DNA of 64,000 bases from Dicentrarchus labrax (taxonomy: Eukaryota): the NCBI RefSeq assembly GCF_905237075.1, contig NW_026136706.1:24719935-24783934 (forward strand). Reading direction: 5' to 3'. Both the position numbers and the translations under genes were made by a program. Shown here piece after piece: positions 36,257 to 47,810 of this stretch. Numbering within the stretch: the stretch's first letter is position 1; every line of letters begins with the position of its first letter. Under the pieces are notes generated by a model. It was given only the letters and a program-made list of their open reading frames with translations. It ran no database searches and was not told the origin of the DNA.

Positions 36257-36326
36257 CTTTCTGATTCTGGGATGCTCTTAAGTCAGCAAAGTTGTCATGT
36301 TTAACATTTGCATAGATTTCCTCCAT
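36257..36326 (-). CDS. Gene B, exon 1: MEEIYANVKHDNFADLRASQNQK
   Basis: ATG as RC of 36324-26, gtaaga donor (RC 36251-56), 70 nt. Confidence 0.75.
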
Positions 36327-38492
36327 CGCTCATAAGTATGCCAACTGTTCTGCTGTGGGTCAGCTCTGCAGCACAAGCTACTCTTCACATTAATGATAAA
36401 ACTGTAGCTGGGTTCAGTTTCCCTTTATTTACAGGAAGTCACACCTCAGAATAGTTGAGATAATTTCCATCTCACTTAAAACAAGAACAAGAAAAATATA
36501 TAGAGAAGTGATGAAGCAGTTTTCTATCTGAATCTTCCCCAAATTCTGGCCTTCTGCAACCAGTCTGCATTAGGAAATAATGTTTTGGGGAAACCAAAAT
36601 GCTGCTTATTGTCTTACTCTTAAAATGAATGTTCATATTTAACATATCTGCAAAAAAAAAATTTTCTAGGCAGGTAGGGCCTACAATTACTCTTCAAAAC
36701 TATACAAAACACATTAAAACTTTGTATACAGCAAAGGAAATATACACTATCCTCACATACGCATCTCCAGTGATTCTCCAGGCTGATTCATGCAGATGTG
36801 TTTTCACCAAATAAACTGACCAAAAACATTATTGAACACAAGTGTGATCTGTTGACCTGCTCTGAGCAGGCAGAGGACTGCAGGAGACACAGAGATATAT
36901 ACTCCACACTTCTCATCAAACTGACTTTGACAGTTTTACAACTTTGACCTAATGAGGGATTAAAGTGGGTTATACAATTCAAGTCAGGGAAGCACTGGTA
37001 GAATGTCCTAGAAAGTGTTGAGTCAAATGTGGTTTACAATTCTGTGGTTCGTTTTTATTTATTTTTTTATTTTTTACTTTAATCAGCATTTTATGGTCTC
37101 CTTCCAGTCCAGGTCAGTTAGTTTCAGTAGGATTACCACAGACAGGCTCTTGGAGGCTCTGCCATAGTCTGTAGCTATTGTAGGTACTCTAAAGTTACGT
37201 TTGCACATACGCACCTACACACACACACACACACACACACCACACACCTACACACCTACCTTATCCCAAATGCATCCTACAACAACAGCCACATCCTCCT
37301 GTGTTGTCGGGAAAAGTGATGACCATCACACAAATTTAATTTCAAAAGGTTTTTAAAATGTTGCCTGTGTCTTTTTTGCGGGGTATAAAGTAGACCGTAC
37401 CTTAGCCCTGCTTGAACCAGGTTGACGAGAGGAATCGCGCTATGGAAAATCTTTAACTGCTCCTTTAACATTTATTCTCTTTTTAGAAAAAATAAGTAAA
37501 ATATAAACATAGTATTTTTTATTTTAGAAAATAAGCTTTCATCAGAGATTCAGCCTCTTTCTTCTCCTCCTCTTTCTGGCAAAGAAATCGTGTATCCTGG
37601 TAAGTGATTTAACATTTTAATTTGTTTTTGCAACAACTGTCTTTTCTACATGTAACTTATTATTATATTTAGAAAATATTAGTTCATCACTGCACTCTTG
37701 CTTAGTCATTTACAATACAGCAGTTTTTAACTACCGCTTATAGGTTACAGGGACACATTTAGAATTTTGCCCTAAAAGTCATATGTGAAGAAGACACTTA
37801 AGTGAGGGACATTAGTATGTTAGTATAACAAAAACCTTCTGTTATAAAACAATAAATATAAGGTATTTGGGTGCTTTTGTTTATTTTTTTATTTTTTTTA
37901 CATTTCTTGAAGTGATTTCTGATGAGTTTGAAGACATCCACCTCACGCAATCAGATCACGGTAGGTCTACTATCTTCTTTTTTTTTCTTTGACCTTTTTC
38001 AGTAAACTGGATGAGATTTAACTTGCTTTTGTTTTTGTTTCTCTGTTTCCAAACTACATGTAGACATACAGAGGAAGAGGCCTCTATGCCCATTCGTCCA
38101 GAAAAAAGCCGTCCTTGCGCCAACCACTTGCAGTGTCCAAAACATCCTAACCCTGATCCGTATACATACTCTGAATGCCCCCTCTGAATGTTTGGTGAGA
38201 GAATCTGGTTTACTGAGTAAACTTTCAAATTCAGTTCTTTAAATTCAAATTCAGTTCTTTAAATTCAAATTCAGTTCTCTAAATTCAGTTTCAGTTCTCT
38301 AAATTCAAATGTCGAAATCTCAACTCAATTTCAAACCACTAGATTACAATGTTAAGGTCACAGACGGGTCAAAGTGTTCACTAAGAGCAATCGAATGCAG
38401 ATGCACAGAGCTTCTTTTTGGCTAAGCAGCACGTTTGTTTTGAACATTTCCTGGACCTGTAGACATTGGCTAGCGAAAAACATGCTTAAAGG

Positions 38493-41076
38493 CAGGGCCG
38501 GCCCAAGGCATAAGCGAACTAAGCAGCTGCTTAGGGCCCTGTGACCACTAGGGGGCCCCCAAGAGCAATTAACTTAAAAAAGAAAAAAGGGTAACACTTT
38601 ATAATGAGTACACACTATTAAGCATTAGTTAAGCATGAATAAATACTGAATTCATCATTTATAACGCATGAATACACATTAGTATGTAGTTTATAAACAC
38701 AGTTAAAAATGTTTTATTCATCATTGATAAGCACATTAGTTTTGGATTAGTAAATACTGAATTCATCATTTATAAAGCATGGTTCTGCTGTAAATAGTCA
38801 TTACTATGTGGTTTATAATCACAGTTATAAATGTTTTACTCTCCATTGCACTGTACATTTCTGCATGCACTTGTACATCCACTATTCAGACATGTATTAA
38901 TGATTAGTGACTGTGTTAGCAGATGTTCTATAAAACTCACAACAAATTCATTTTCTAATGATGGCCTATAAACAGTGATTAATGCAGGAATTCACAGTTA
39001 CAAAGCACTTACTACTCGTTAATTAAGTATTTTGCACGAGCTTATCTAAAGTGAGCACTATCTATGGCTTATTAAGGATTTACAAATGAGATAGGCTGAC
39101 AATGCCTCGAGACTCACAAAATGTTCAGTTATCTTAACAGACGAAGGAGAGACACAACACAAAGGGATATAGAAAATATTGTATTGATATTTACTGCAAC
39201 TTCCCGCTCTCAGCACGTCATCAACGTGATGACGTGCTGAGAGCGGGATGTTACGTCATATTTACGTTAACTCTCAGAAGTTTCTGACAGTGCAGCCAAG
39301 GGGAGCATGGAGAAGCACATTGGAGTCGGCGGCCGTCAGCGGCTCTAGTGGTGAGTATGTGTCTTTGTTTGGTAGCACACATTACGTTTATGGTCGGTTA
39401 GATAGCTTCCTATTCAAGCTAACGTTGTTGTGTTTGTGTAATACTTTGAGTAAGTTGATTCTCAGTGTATTTATATTATTCTGGGTCACTTTTTGGCATC
39501 AAAACAATGTTTCTGATAACGTTTGATAGCAAATGTTTAATAACTAACGTTAATTACAAACACGGTGATGTTTGCTAGCAATTTGGTTTTGCATTAATGA
39601 ATTCATTTAGTTAACTTATAGTTTGAGGTATGTTGTTTGCAATTGTTTGCTGCAGAGCACAGTAATTTATGTGAGTAAATAAACATATTCCTTTTACATC
39701 AACTCCCTATTGTGCTCATACGTTATATGAAACTTCCCCAGGAGCACTGTTAAAGTATTTAGGAGGAGGCACTGACTCAGCCCAGGAGCAATCCACCTCC
39801 TCAGGAGCAGCCAAGGCTGATGAATCAGGTGATCAAACACTGTCACCATATATATTTAATTTCTAGTCAAATGATCTCATTAAGATAAACTAATATAAGA
39901 TATAATCATATGACAAGAGACATGTTTTTCATCTCAGGTCCATCTCTATCCTCTGCTCCATCCACTGTGTCCTCTGTCCTCTCTGCAACCTCAGCTGTAC
40001 CTGGCAAGTTAACAACAAAACAGCCTTTATAATTGCTCAGTGTCCTGCAGAATATTCTGAGATGAATAATTTTGTCCAAAAATATTATTTTAATTTCCCT
40101 ATAGGTCCTTCATCTTTGGTCATGGAGATTGATGTGTCTTCTTCAGGATCCTGTTTGGAGCAGGGATCAGCAGCTTCGTCAGTTGACCCAGCTGAGTGTC
40201 CCTCTTTCCTGTCAGACTCAGAAAGGACTGAACAGGTATTAAGAGGGCCACTGCCTATAAAGGACACATTCACATTCCCAAAAAGACACGATGGCCAAAG
40301 CTTCCACCACCATCACACATACAGACACCTAGTAAATGGGGAAAAAGTCAAGCGGAGCTGGCTCACATATTCAAAAAGTAAAGATGCGGTTTATTGCTTT
40401 TGCTGCAAATTATATTTACCATTTGTGTTACCTTGTTTTAGGTGCCTGTTGATTTACATCATTATTTAAGTATTTAAGTATTGTCTGATATTTTTAAAAT
40501 TGATTTTATTTAATGCTGTCTGTTTTTGTACATTTGGTGTTGCAGTTTATTTAAAAAAATAATAATAAAGCAGATTGTGTTTACAGTAAACGATTAGTTC
40601 ATTTTGTTACTTTTAATTGGCCTAGATGACATTCGGTATCCCACTTAGTACTATATCACTTTGAATATTAAGTGTTAATCAACCCCAGGCTGCTCTTGTA
40701 GCTGAATTTGCTACCATTTCAGATTAAAAAACCATAGATGGGTAAAACATGCCGGGCTGCTCTTTGAGGTTTTATGTATTGATTCTCTGTGTGGCCAGTA
40801 GGGAGAGTTACTGACTTTGCTAAATATTAATTGAAAGATTTTTCTGTAAATTTGCAAATCTGGTGTCTGCTTCCATGGCATTAATCACAGTGGATTACAA
40901 TCTAACTACAACAAAAAGTTCTCACATTTAGCTTTACAAGTGTATTCGTAATGACAGAGTACAATATGTAGAATATGTTTATAGTAGGTGTGTGAATGAT
41001 CAATAATCATTATTATTAGCAGTAATAGAGGGCCCCAAAATCAAATTTTGCTTAGGGCCCCATGGAGGCTATGTCT
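38493..41076 (+). mobile_element. Non-autonomous hAT element no. 1 (2584 bp), with a perfect 8-bp TSD CTTAAAGG and TIRs CAGGGCCGGCCCAAGG... / ...GGAGGCTATGTCTG; carries a ZMYM1-like fragment
   Basis: The TSD copies are at 38485-92 and 41077-84. The uninterrupted empty site aacatgCTTAAAGGagacatatt is preserved in the paralogous right arm (RC of about 50120-50145). Subterminal GGGCCCTAAGCA inverted motifs are present. Confidence 0.8.
40062..40469 (+). CDS. ORF fragment with a TTF-type zinc finger (ZMYM1-like, hAT-derived) inside hAT-N no. 1
   Basis: ..FPKRHDGQSFHHHHTYRHLVNGEKVKRSWLTYSKSKDAVYCFCCKLY.., a W..YS......C..C.L(F/Y) pattern. It parallels KRKLSNGECVPREWLCYSPSAGSVFCFACKIF in 42505..42834. 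Confidence 0.5.
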   Translation: MNNFVQKYYFNFPIGPSSLVMEIDVSSSGSCLEQGSAASSVDPAECPSFLSDSERTEQVLRGPLPIKDTFTFPKRHDGQSFHHHHTYRHLVNGEKVKRSWLTYSKSKDAVYCFCCKLYLPFVLPCFRCLLIYIII

Positions 41077-41817
41077 GCTTAAAGGAGACATATTATTCCC
41101 CTTTTCAAGTTCAGAATTGTATTTTTAAAATTTTGGTTTCGTGTGTGAACCACTTCGCGTCGGACTGTTTTCACAACCTCGGTCAGTACAACACTGGACT
41201 GGCTGAAAGACTGTTCCTGAAAGAGGGATTGTACCAACTGTCTGTGGAGAGACGGCAGAGGAAGTAACTGGAAGTATTTTTAAGAATTTATACTGTTTTT
41301 CATTGTTCGTGTAATGCTAGCACATGCTAACCGTTGTTAGCTACAGGAGCCTCAGTGATGCTAACGTAACGTTAGTTATTGTTTGTTAAATGTTTGTTAA
41401 ATGTGTGCAAGATGAACATGAAACTTATAAGGTGAGGTTAATGTATTAAGCCAGCTGGTGCAGATGTCTCCATATTCTCCCCTGCTGCTATTTGTGTGTG
41501 TGTGTGTGTGTGCTGCTGTATGTAAATGTACCGGAGGTAAAGATAGAGCTACCGTGAGAGAGAAATAGTCAAACTGTGATCAAGCCTCCTTATACGGTGA
41601 TGATGCTTCTTGTGTCATGTCCAGGAAACTTTGTTATGTTAATTCATTCAGTTTTGTCTTGTGTCTATGTTGTCTTGTGATTTCCTGTTTCATTTTGGTT
41701 CCACTTCCTGTCTGTACCTTGTCACCAGTTTTACTTTCTCCCTTTTGTCTGTTTTCCCGCTCTTGGGATTACCTGTCTCCGCCCTGATTGTTTCCACCTG
41801 TGCCCTTACCTTGTGTG

Positions 41818-43085
41818 CAAGGCCGCTTTAATGCACGGGCTTACCTGGGCTGAAGCCCAGGGGCCTCCCAAGTTCAGGGGCCTCCCATAAAAGGTCATAT
41901 TGTTTTGTAACTTGTCAGGTTTTCTGTCAATCACTCTAATCGCACGTTACATGGTTGCTGATTGAGCCAAATTAGGAGTGACCCACGTGGCCTCATAGCC
42001 TATGGCCCGTGGGCTTACCTATCAGAATGTCTATAGTTAGTTTTGGGGTGTGACCCTCTATGATTGAGTGACATTAAGTGGAAAATGTCGGGGAGGACGT
42101 TTGAGAGTGGTGCCCAGGAAAGAAAAAAACGTATAAAGAAGGAGTTGCGCGAAAAAGATCTGCTAAAGAGCATCCCAAAGCTCACCGGATTTTTTAAACC
42201 AGCTACTTCTGCTACTGAAGATGGACCCAGCACCGGAGGAGGATTGCTATCCCACACACCGGAGGGAGCGGAGGAGGCGCAGGCCGTGCAGGTGGATGTA
42301 GCTGGAGAGGAGCAGGGGACCGCCTGTAGCAATGGAGGGGAGGAGGAGGGTGGAGCACACGAGCCCCAGAGAGAGGACCAGGCCACAAACCAGTTAGGAG
42401 GAGAGCCTCTCCCCCTAACTGATGATGAAGATGACCCATATAACAGTGACCCGGGCCGCTGGGGAAACAATACTGACACCAAAGCGCGGGCTTATTGGGC
42501 GTAAATGGGACCGGAGTCCTGTCAAAATAAAGATGCTGACGAGTCGGCATCGGAACGCCAATATAAACAGCAGAGAGGATTTTTCTCAAAAATGCATTTC
42601 AAACGCAAACTCAGTAACGGAGAGTGTGTGCCCAGAGAATGGCTCTGTTATTCACCATCAGCAGGTAGTGTGTTTTGTTTTGCCTGCAAAATATTTGGCG
42701 AGAACAAGGAAAAGTCAGCATTTGTGAGTGGGGGTTATTTTGACTGGAAACATGCTCATGATCGTATAGCAGATATATTCATAATATCGTTTGAAATCAT
42801 ACTTTCACACATTTTGGTTTTATTATCGCCATAAGTTGCTGTGTGTGGTTTTTAAATAAAGTGTCTTGTGTTTATGCGGGCTCAGTGATATGTTAATAAC
42901 AATATTATGGTGTTTTCTGGCTCAAAGAGGGAAAATTCACTGTTGTATGTCTCGAAAGAAACTAATGCATTTTATGATGTAGATTACCTAGATATTACAC
43001 TTTTTTAAAATGAGACTAAAATCGAGGGGATGGGGGGCCTACAAAACCTCTCAGCCCCGGGGCCTAACATTAGGTTAAGGCCCTG
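41818..43085 (+). mobile_element. Non-autonomous hAT element no. 2 (1268 bp), nested in the 5' LTR, with a perfect 8-bp TSD CTTGTGTG
   Basis: The TSD copies are at 41810-17 and 43086-93. The ends are CAAGGCCGCTTTAATGCACGGGC... and ...CATTAGGTTAAGGCCCTG, the same family as no. 1. The ORFs at 42064..42504 and 42505..42834 are ZMYM1-like and include a TTF zinc finger. Confidence 0.8.
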
Positions 43086-43376
43086 CTTGTGTGTGTGTAT
43101 ATATAGTCGTGTCTCACTTTGTCCTGTGCCAGTTCGTCTTGTCCCATGTGTCAGAGAACCAGCGCTTTATCCATACCACTGCCATTGTCAGGTCTTGTTG
43201 TTTTGTTACTCTGTTTGTTAAAGAGTGATTTTCTGTTTGTTTTTTTAGTCTTAGTATTACCTCGTTAGAGAGATTTTTGTTTAGTTAATAAAAACCTTAT
43301 TTTGAAACTTTCGTCTGAGAGTTGTGCATTTGGGTTCTGGTCCATAGTTCAGTCATGACAGAACGAACTGGCCAGC

Positions 43377-44534
43377 ATGAACCCAGCCAACTCAGACCAC
43401 CTGTCGGCAACCATTCGCTCCCATAGCGTACGCCTTAATCAGCAGGAGGACCAGATGTCCGCCGTGCATCAGGGAGTGAAAACGCTGGCAGACAGTCAAG
43501 AGGAGTTCAGGTCTGGCATGACAGCCCAAGTGACTCTCTTGTCTACCCAGATTCATCAGGTGTTTGCTCACCTGACCAAGGACCCCTCAGCCACGCCTCC
43601 CCCGGCGATCGCCGTAGCACCACCAGTTCCAGGTACCCACGCCCTGGCTCCTCGTCTCGCTCCACCCGAAAAATTCTCTGGTGAGTCTGGAGAATGCCGG
43701 TGGTTCATTGTGAACTGTGAAATGCACTATGAACAATTGCCATCAGCCTTCCCCACAGAAAAATCCAAGGTGGCGTTCATGATCTACCATCTCACTGGGA
43801 GAGCAAGGGCTTGGGCTACGGCGGAATGGTCCCGTGGATTGTCGATCTGTCAATCCGTGGATCGGTTCATAGAGGCGTTGAGGAGAGTTTTCGACCCTAC
43901 CACGTCAGACAGAGAAACGGCACGCAAGCTGAGCAGCATCAGGCAAGGCATGGACTCTGTTTCTGATTATGCCATCCGCTTCCGCACCTTAGCCACAGAT
44001 AGCGGGTGGAATTCCACAGTGCTGTATGATGCTTTTATCAAAGGACTCTCTGATCCCATACAAGATTTATTGGTTCCTCTTGATCTGCCTGAGGATCGTG
44101 ACTCTGTGATCGCGTTAGCGGTCAGAACTGACCATCGCTTGACGGAGCGGAACAGGGACAAGTCACAAGCTACAGTTTTCCTGGATCACACCAGAGGTCA
44201 TCCTTTGCCTGCTTCACGTGGTTGGAGGGATTCTCTCCGTCCGTCATCGCCAGTCCCGAGGAGAGCAGTACCCCCCAGCAACTCGGAGGAACCCATGCAG
44301 CTAGGAAGGGCCAAGTTGTCTGCAGAGGAGCGACGACGCCGCCTACAGGAAGGGAGGTGCTTCTATTGTGGACAACTGGGACATCTGCTGGCAGCATGCC
44401 CAGTTAAAGAGAATGCCCACCAGCTGAAGGAGGGATTCCGGGTGAGTCACTCCTCCACCACTGACAGTCCCTCCCGCTCCCTAACTGACATCCAGGTAAA
44501 ACACCATGACAGTTTCTCTGGGAGTATTAATTGA
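43377..44534 (+). CDS. Retrotransposon Gag with a CCHC zinc knuckle (CFYCGQLGHLLAACP)
   Basis: 385-aa ORF with a capsid-like region and C-x2-C-x4-H-x4-C at the C-terminus. Confidence 0.85.
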   Translation: MNPANSDHLSATIRSHSVRLNQQEDQMSAVHQGVKTLADSQEEFRSGMTAQVTLLSTQIHQVFAHLTKDPSATPPPAIAVAPPVPGTHALAPRLAPPEKFSGESGECRWFIVNCEMHYEQLPSAFPTEKSKVAFMIYHLTGRARAWATAEWSRGLSICQSVDRFIEALRRVFDPTTSDRETARKLSSIRQGMDSVSDYAIRFRTLATDSGWNSTVLYDAFIKGLSDPIQDLLVPLDLPEDRDSVIALAVRTDHRLTERNRDKSQATVFLDHTRGHPLPASRGWRDSLRPSSPVPRRAVPPSNSEEPMQLGRAKLSAEERRRRLQEGRCFYCGQLGHLLAACPVKENAHQLKEGFRVSHSSTTDSPSRSLTDIQVKHHDSFSGSIN

Positions 44535-46486
44535 CTCTGGGGCAGATGAAAGCTTCATGGATTGGGGCTTTGCTCACAAGCTGAATGTTAAGACTGAACC
44601 TTTATCTCAGCCCTTGGAGGCTAGTGCCTTAGATGGCAGCTTCATTTTTAAAGTAACCCATGTAACTGAGCCAGTAGAAGTGACAATTGAGGATCACCAT
44701 GAACTGATGTCTTATCACCTGATTCACTCTGCTCTACACCCTCTGATCCTGGGGTTCCCCTGGCTCAAGAGACATAACCCCCACATTGACTGGTGTTCAG
44801 GGAAGGTTATGGGATGGGTAAGGCCCGGGGTAGGGGCAGGGCTTGACCTGAACAAAAAGGTGGAAATTGGGGTGGTTGCTGACTTAAACTCTGCTTCTGT
44901 TCTGCCCCACACAGACTTAAAGGTTGACCGGCCTGACCTGACCTCCATTCCCAGTTACTACCATGATCTCGAGGAGGTATTCAGTAAGAGTAAGGCCATG
45001 TCTCTACCACCCCATCGACCTTATGACTTTCCTATTGATCTTATCCCGGGGGCACCAATTCCAAAGAGGAGGTTATATTCCATTTCGGGCCCTGAGAAGG
45101 TAGCCATGACTGAGTATATTGAGGCGTCCTTAAAAACAGGACTCATCTGCCCCTCATCCTCCCTAGCAGGGGCAGGGTTTTTCTTTGTGGAGAAAAAAGA
45201 TGGTTCCCTGAGACCCTGTATTGACTGTGGACCTCTAAATGACATTACCATTAAGAATCGGTACCCCTCTGCCTCTCATGTCATTTTGAACAACTGCAAC
45301 AGGCCAAGATTTTTACGAAGCCTGACCTAAGAAACGCATATCACTTGGTCTGCGTTAGAGAGGGGGATGAGTGGAAGACTGGTTTTAACACTCCTTCCAG
45401 GCATTACGAATATGTTGTAATGCCATTTGGACTGACCAATGCCCCTGCAGTGTTTCAGGCCCTAATCAATGACGTACTGAGGGAATTTCTCAACCAGTTT
45501 GTGTTTGTCTATTTGGATGACATCCTGATCTTCTCCCCAGATAAAGATTCTCATGTTGGTCATGTCCGCCAGCTGGAGAACCAGCTTTATGTTAAGCAGA
45601 AAAAAGTGAATTTCATGCCGTTCCTGGGCTTCATCATAGCCCCTGGTCAGATACAAATGGATCCGGCTAAAGTTAGCGCTGTGGCTCAGTGGCCTACACC
45701 TGATAATCACAAGAAGGTCCAGCAGTTTCTGGGCTTTGCTAACTTCTACAGGCGGTTTATCAGAAACTTCAGCGCAATAGCTTCTTCTCTTCATGTTCTC
45801 ACATCTCCTCAAGCTCCATTCCTGTGGTCTCCTCAAGCTGAGGAGGCCTTCACCCGGCTCAAGGAGATGTTCACCACCGCTCCCATTCTCACGGTTCCAG
45901 ACCCCAGTCGGCAGTTTGTGAGGTGGATGCCTTCAACGAAGGAGTAGGGGCGGTTCTCTCGCAGCGCTCTGCCAAGGACCACAAGCTGCATCCATGTGCC
46001 TTCCTGTCCAGGAAGCTTTCACCAGCAGAGCGGAACTATGATGTCGGTAACTGTGAGTTACTTGCTGTTAAGATAGCATTGGAAGAGTGGAGACATTGGT
46101 TAGAGGTGTCCGAAGTGATTAATCCTGTCACCGTCCATCTGCGCCTTCCCAGGTCCGTGAGGGTGCATCCTACTTTTCATGTTGGCAAGCTCAAACCGGT
46201 TAATGATAGTCCCATGGTTCCCGCAGCCCCCCCCCCACGAATGGTTGACGGTGGTCCGGTCTTCTCAGTTAAGAGACTCTTAGCAGTTCGTAACCGGGGA
46301 AGAGGACGCCAGTATCTGGTGGACTGGCAGAGCTATGGCCCAGAAGAACGCTCGTGGGTACGCTCAAGTTTTATTATGGACCCAGCCCTCATCAGAGACT
46401 TCCATGACCGTCAGCCTCAGGTTCCTGGTCCGTCAGGAGCCGTCACTAGAGGGGGGGGTACCGTCATGTCCAGGAAACTTTGTTAA
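44506..46486 (+). pseudogene. Retrotransposon Pol (aspartic protease, RT, RNase H, C-terminal chromodomain), with a frameshift near 45300-45345 and the integrase catalytic core deleted
   Basis: Protease LIDSGADESFMD. RT: ..LTNAPAVFQ.., [13 protein letters not shown] (YxDD). RNase H: [14 protein letters not shown]...[24 protein letters not shown]. The reading then jumps directly to [11 protein letters not shown]...[31 protein letters not shown], a chromodomain, with no HHCC or DDE integrase block in between. Confidence 0.85.
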
Positions 46487-47810
46487 GTTAATTCATTCAG
46501 CTTTGTCTCATGTTAATGTTATCTCAGCTAGCGTTAGATTTGTTGTTCTGCTGCTTCGTTCAGGTGTGTATATGTGTGTTACAGTGAGTGTGTGTGTGTT
46601 ACGGTGTGTAAATTAACTTGATCTACGTGCACCGGAGTTAACAACAGAGCTACTGTGAGAGAAATAGTCAAACTCAGTAGAGCAACAAGGGACCCACCAG
46701 TGATACTGCTTTATTTTATTTTCTAACATAGGACTACAATGAGCCACAATGAGCTGTTGTACTTGTATTATATTACACTGTATATTATATGCTGCCTTAG
46801 AAGTAACACTGAATCTGCCTTGACTTACAGGTGACCTGATGAAGCTCAGGTGTTCCTAGACCCATCAGAGGACAGAGACAGCTGCAGCATCAGGACAGTC
46901 TGGGTATCCAAAGGAAGACTGATGAAGATGAACACTGACTGCAGAGCTCCATTACCAGCTCACACTTCAATATACTAGAAACCATAAACCTTGATGGAGG
47001 ACATCATCTGCACAGTTTACATAAAAGTTCTAGCTTTGTTACTTACAACATGTGTAACTGGAATATGAATTAAACATAAATAAAGTGCTTTACTTTTAAG
47101 AAGAGTTTGTCATTTTTAAATTCAGTAATAAGTGTGGTTTTATATAAATAACAGGTTGTCAGGTTTTATCAAGATTTCCTGGATGTACAAGAGTTAAAAA
47201 CCTGGTTCGTGTAACATCTATAAATATGAAAATGTGGAATTTAAACCTGTATTAATTACTGTAAGTAACACAATACATTACTGTCTCACATTCAAACTTT
47301 ATTATGTTGGAAGATAAATGACAATATATATAAAATAAAACGTAAAACATAATTGCAGCTTTTACACATATCTGAAGGTTAACTTTGGTAATAATACTTT
47401 CAAGTTAAAATATCAGACTATGAAATATGGGTACAGTACAAGTTACTTTATTAGATGAGTAATTCCTTCAGTTATGTTGACATGTTGTACAGGAGCAAGT
47501 ATTCAGGTTTCTGTTTCCATGGTCTCAGTAAACTTATGTGTATAAGGAATATAACAGATGGGAGGTTACAGTAATCATTATACTATTACTCTGATTACTT
47601 TGGTACATTCACTGGGTATTTCTTCACTAAAAACAGCTGCTTGACTAATGTTGTTAATATTATGTAATATATATAATATGTTTAACTTCACTGGGCTCTG
47701 TAGACTGTAGGTCACTGCTCACTGCTGTACCTGTAAAGACAAGCATAAAACACTGTTGGTTCTCATAGTTAAGGTATAAACACTAACATTATGTGATAGA
47801 GGTTTATATA

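Larger units (their letters stand above)
41613..46513 (+). mobile_element. Ty3/gypsy LTR retrotransposon of chromovirus type (gag-PR-RT-RNaseH-[integrase core deleted]-chromodomain). The 5' LTR is interrupted by hAT-N no. 2. Only about 70 bp of the 3' LTR remains.
   Basis: The direct repeat tcatgtccaggaaactttgtta.gttaattcattcag.tttgtct lies at 41613-41690 and 46461-46513. A polypurine tract AGAGGGGGGGG at 46448-58 abuts the 3' repeat. The paralogous right arm (RC of about 49470-49560) lacks the element. Coding domains are listed in the next entries. Confidence 0.85.

Noticed and set aside
42064-42834. Calling the ZMYM1-like ORFs 42064..42504 and 42505..42834 a host gene
   Set aside because: They lie entirely inside a TSD-bounded 1.27-kb hAT-N that is itself inside an LTR. 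They lack a transposase or host-gene continuation and are TE cargo.
46461-46513. Treating the 70-bp direct repeat as a full 3' LTR
   Set aside because: Too short. The paralogous right arm shows that flanking host sequence resumes at about 46514, so most of the 3' LTR has been deleted.
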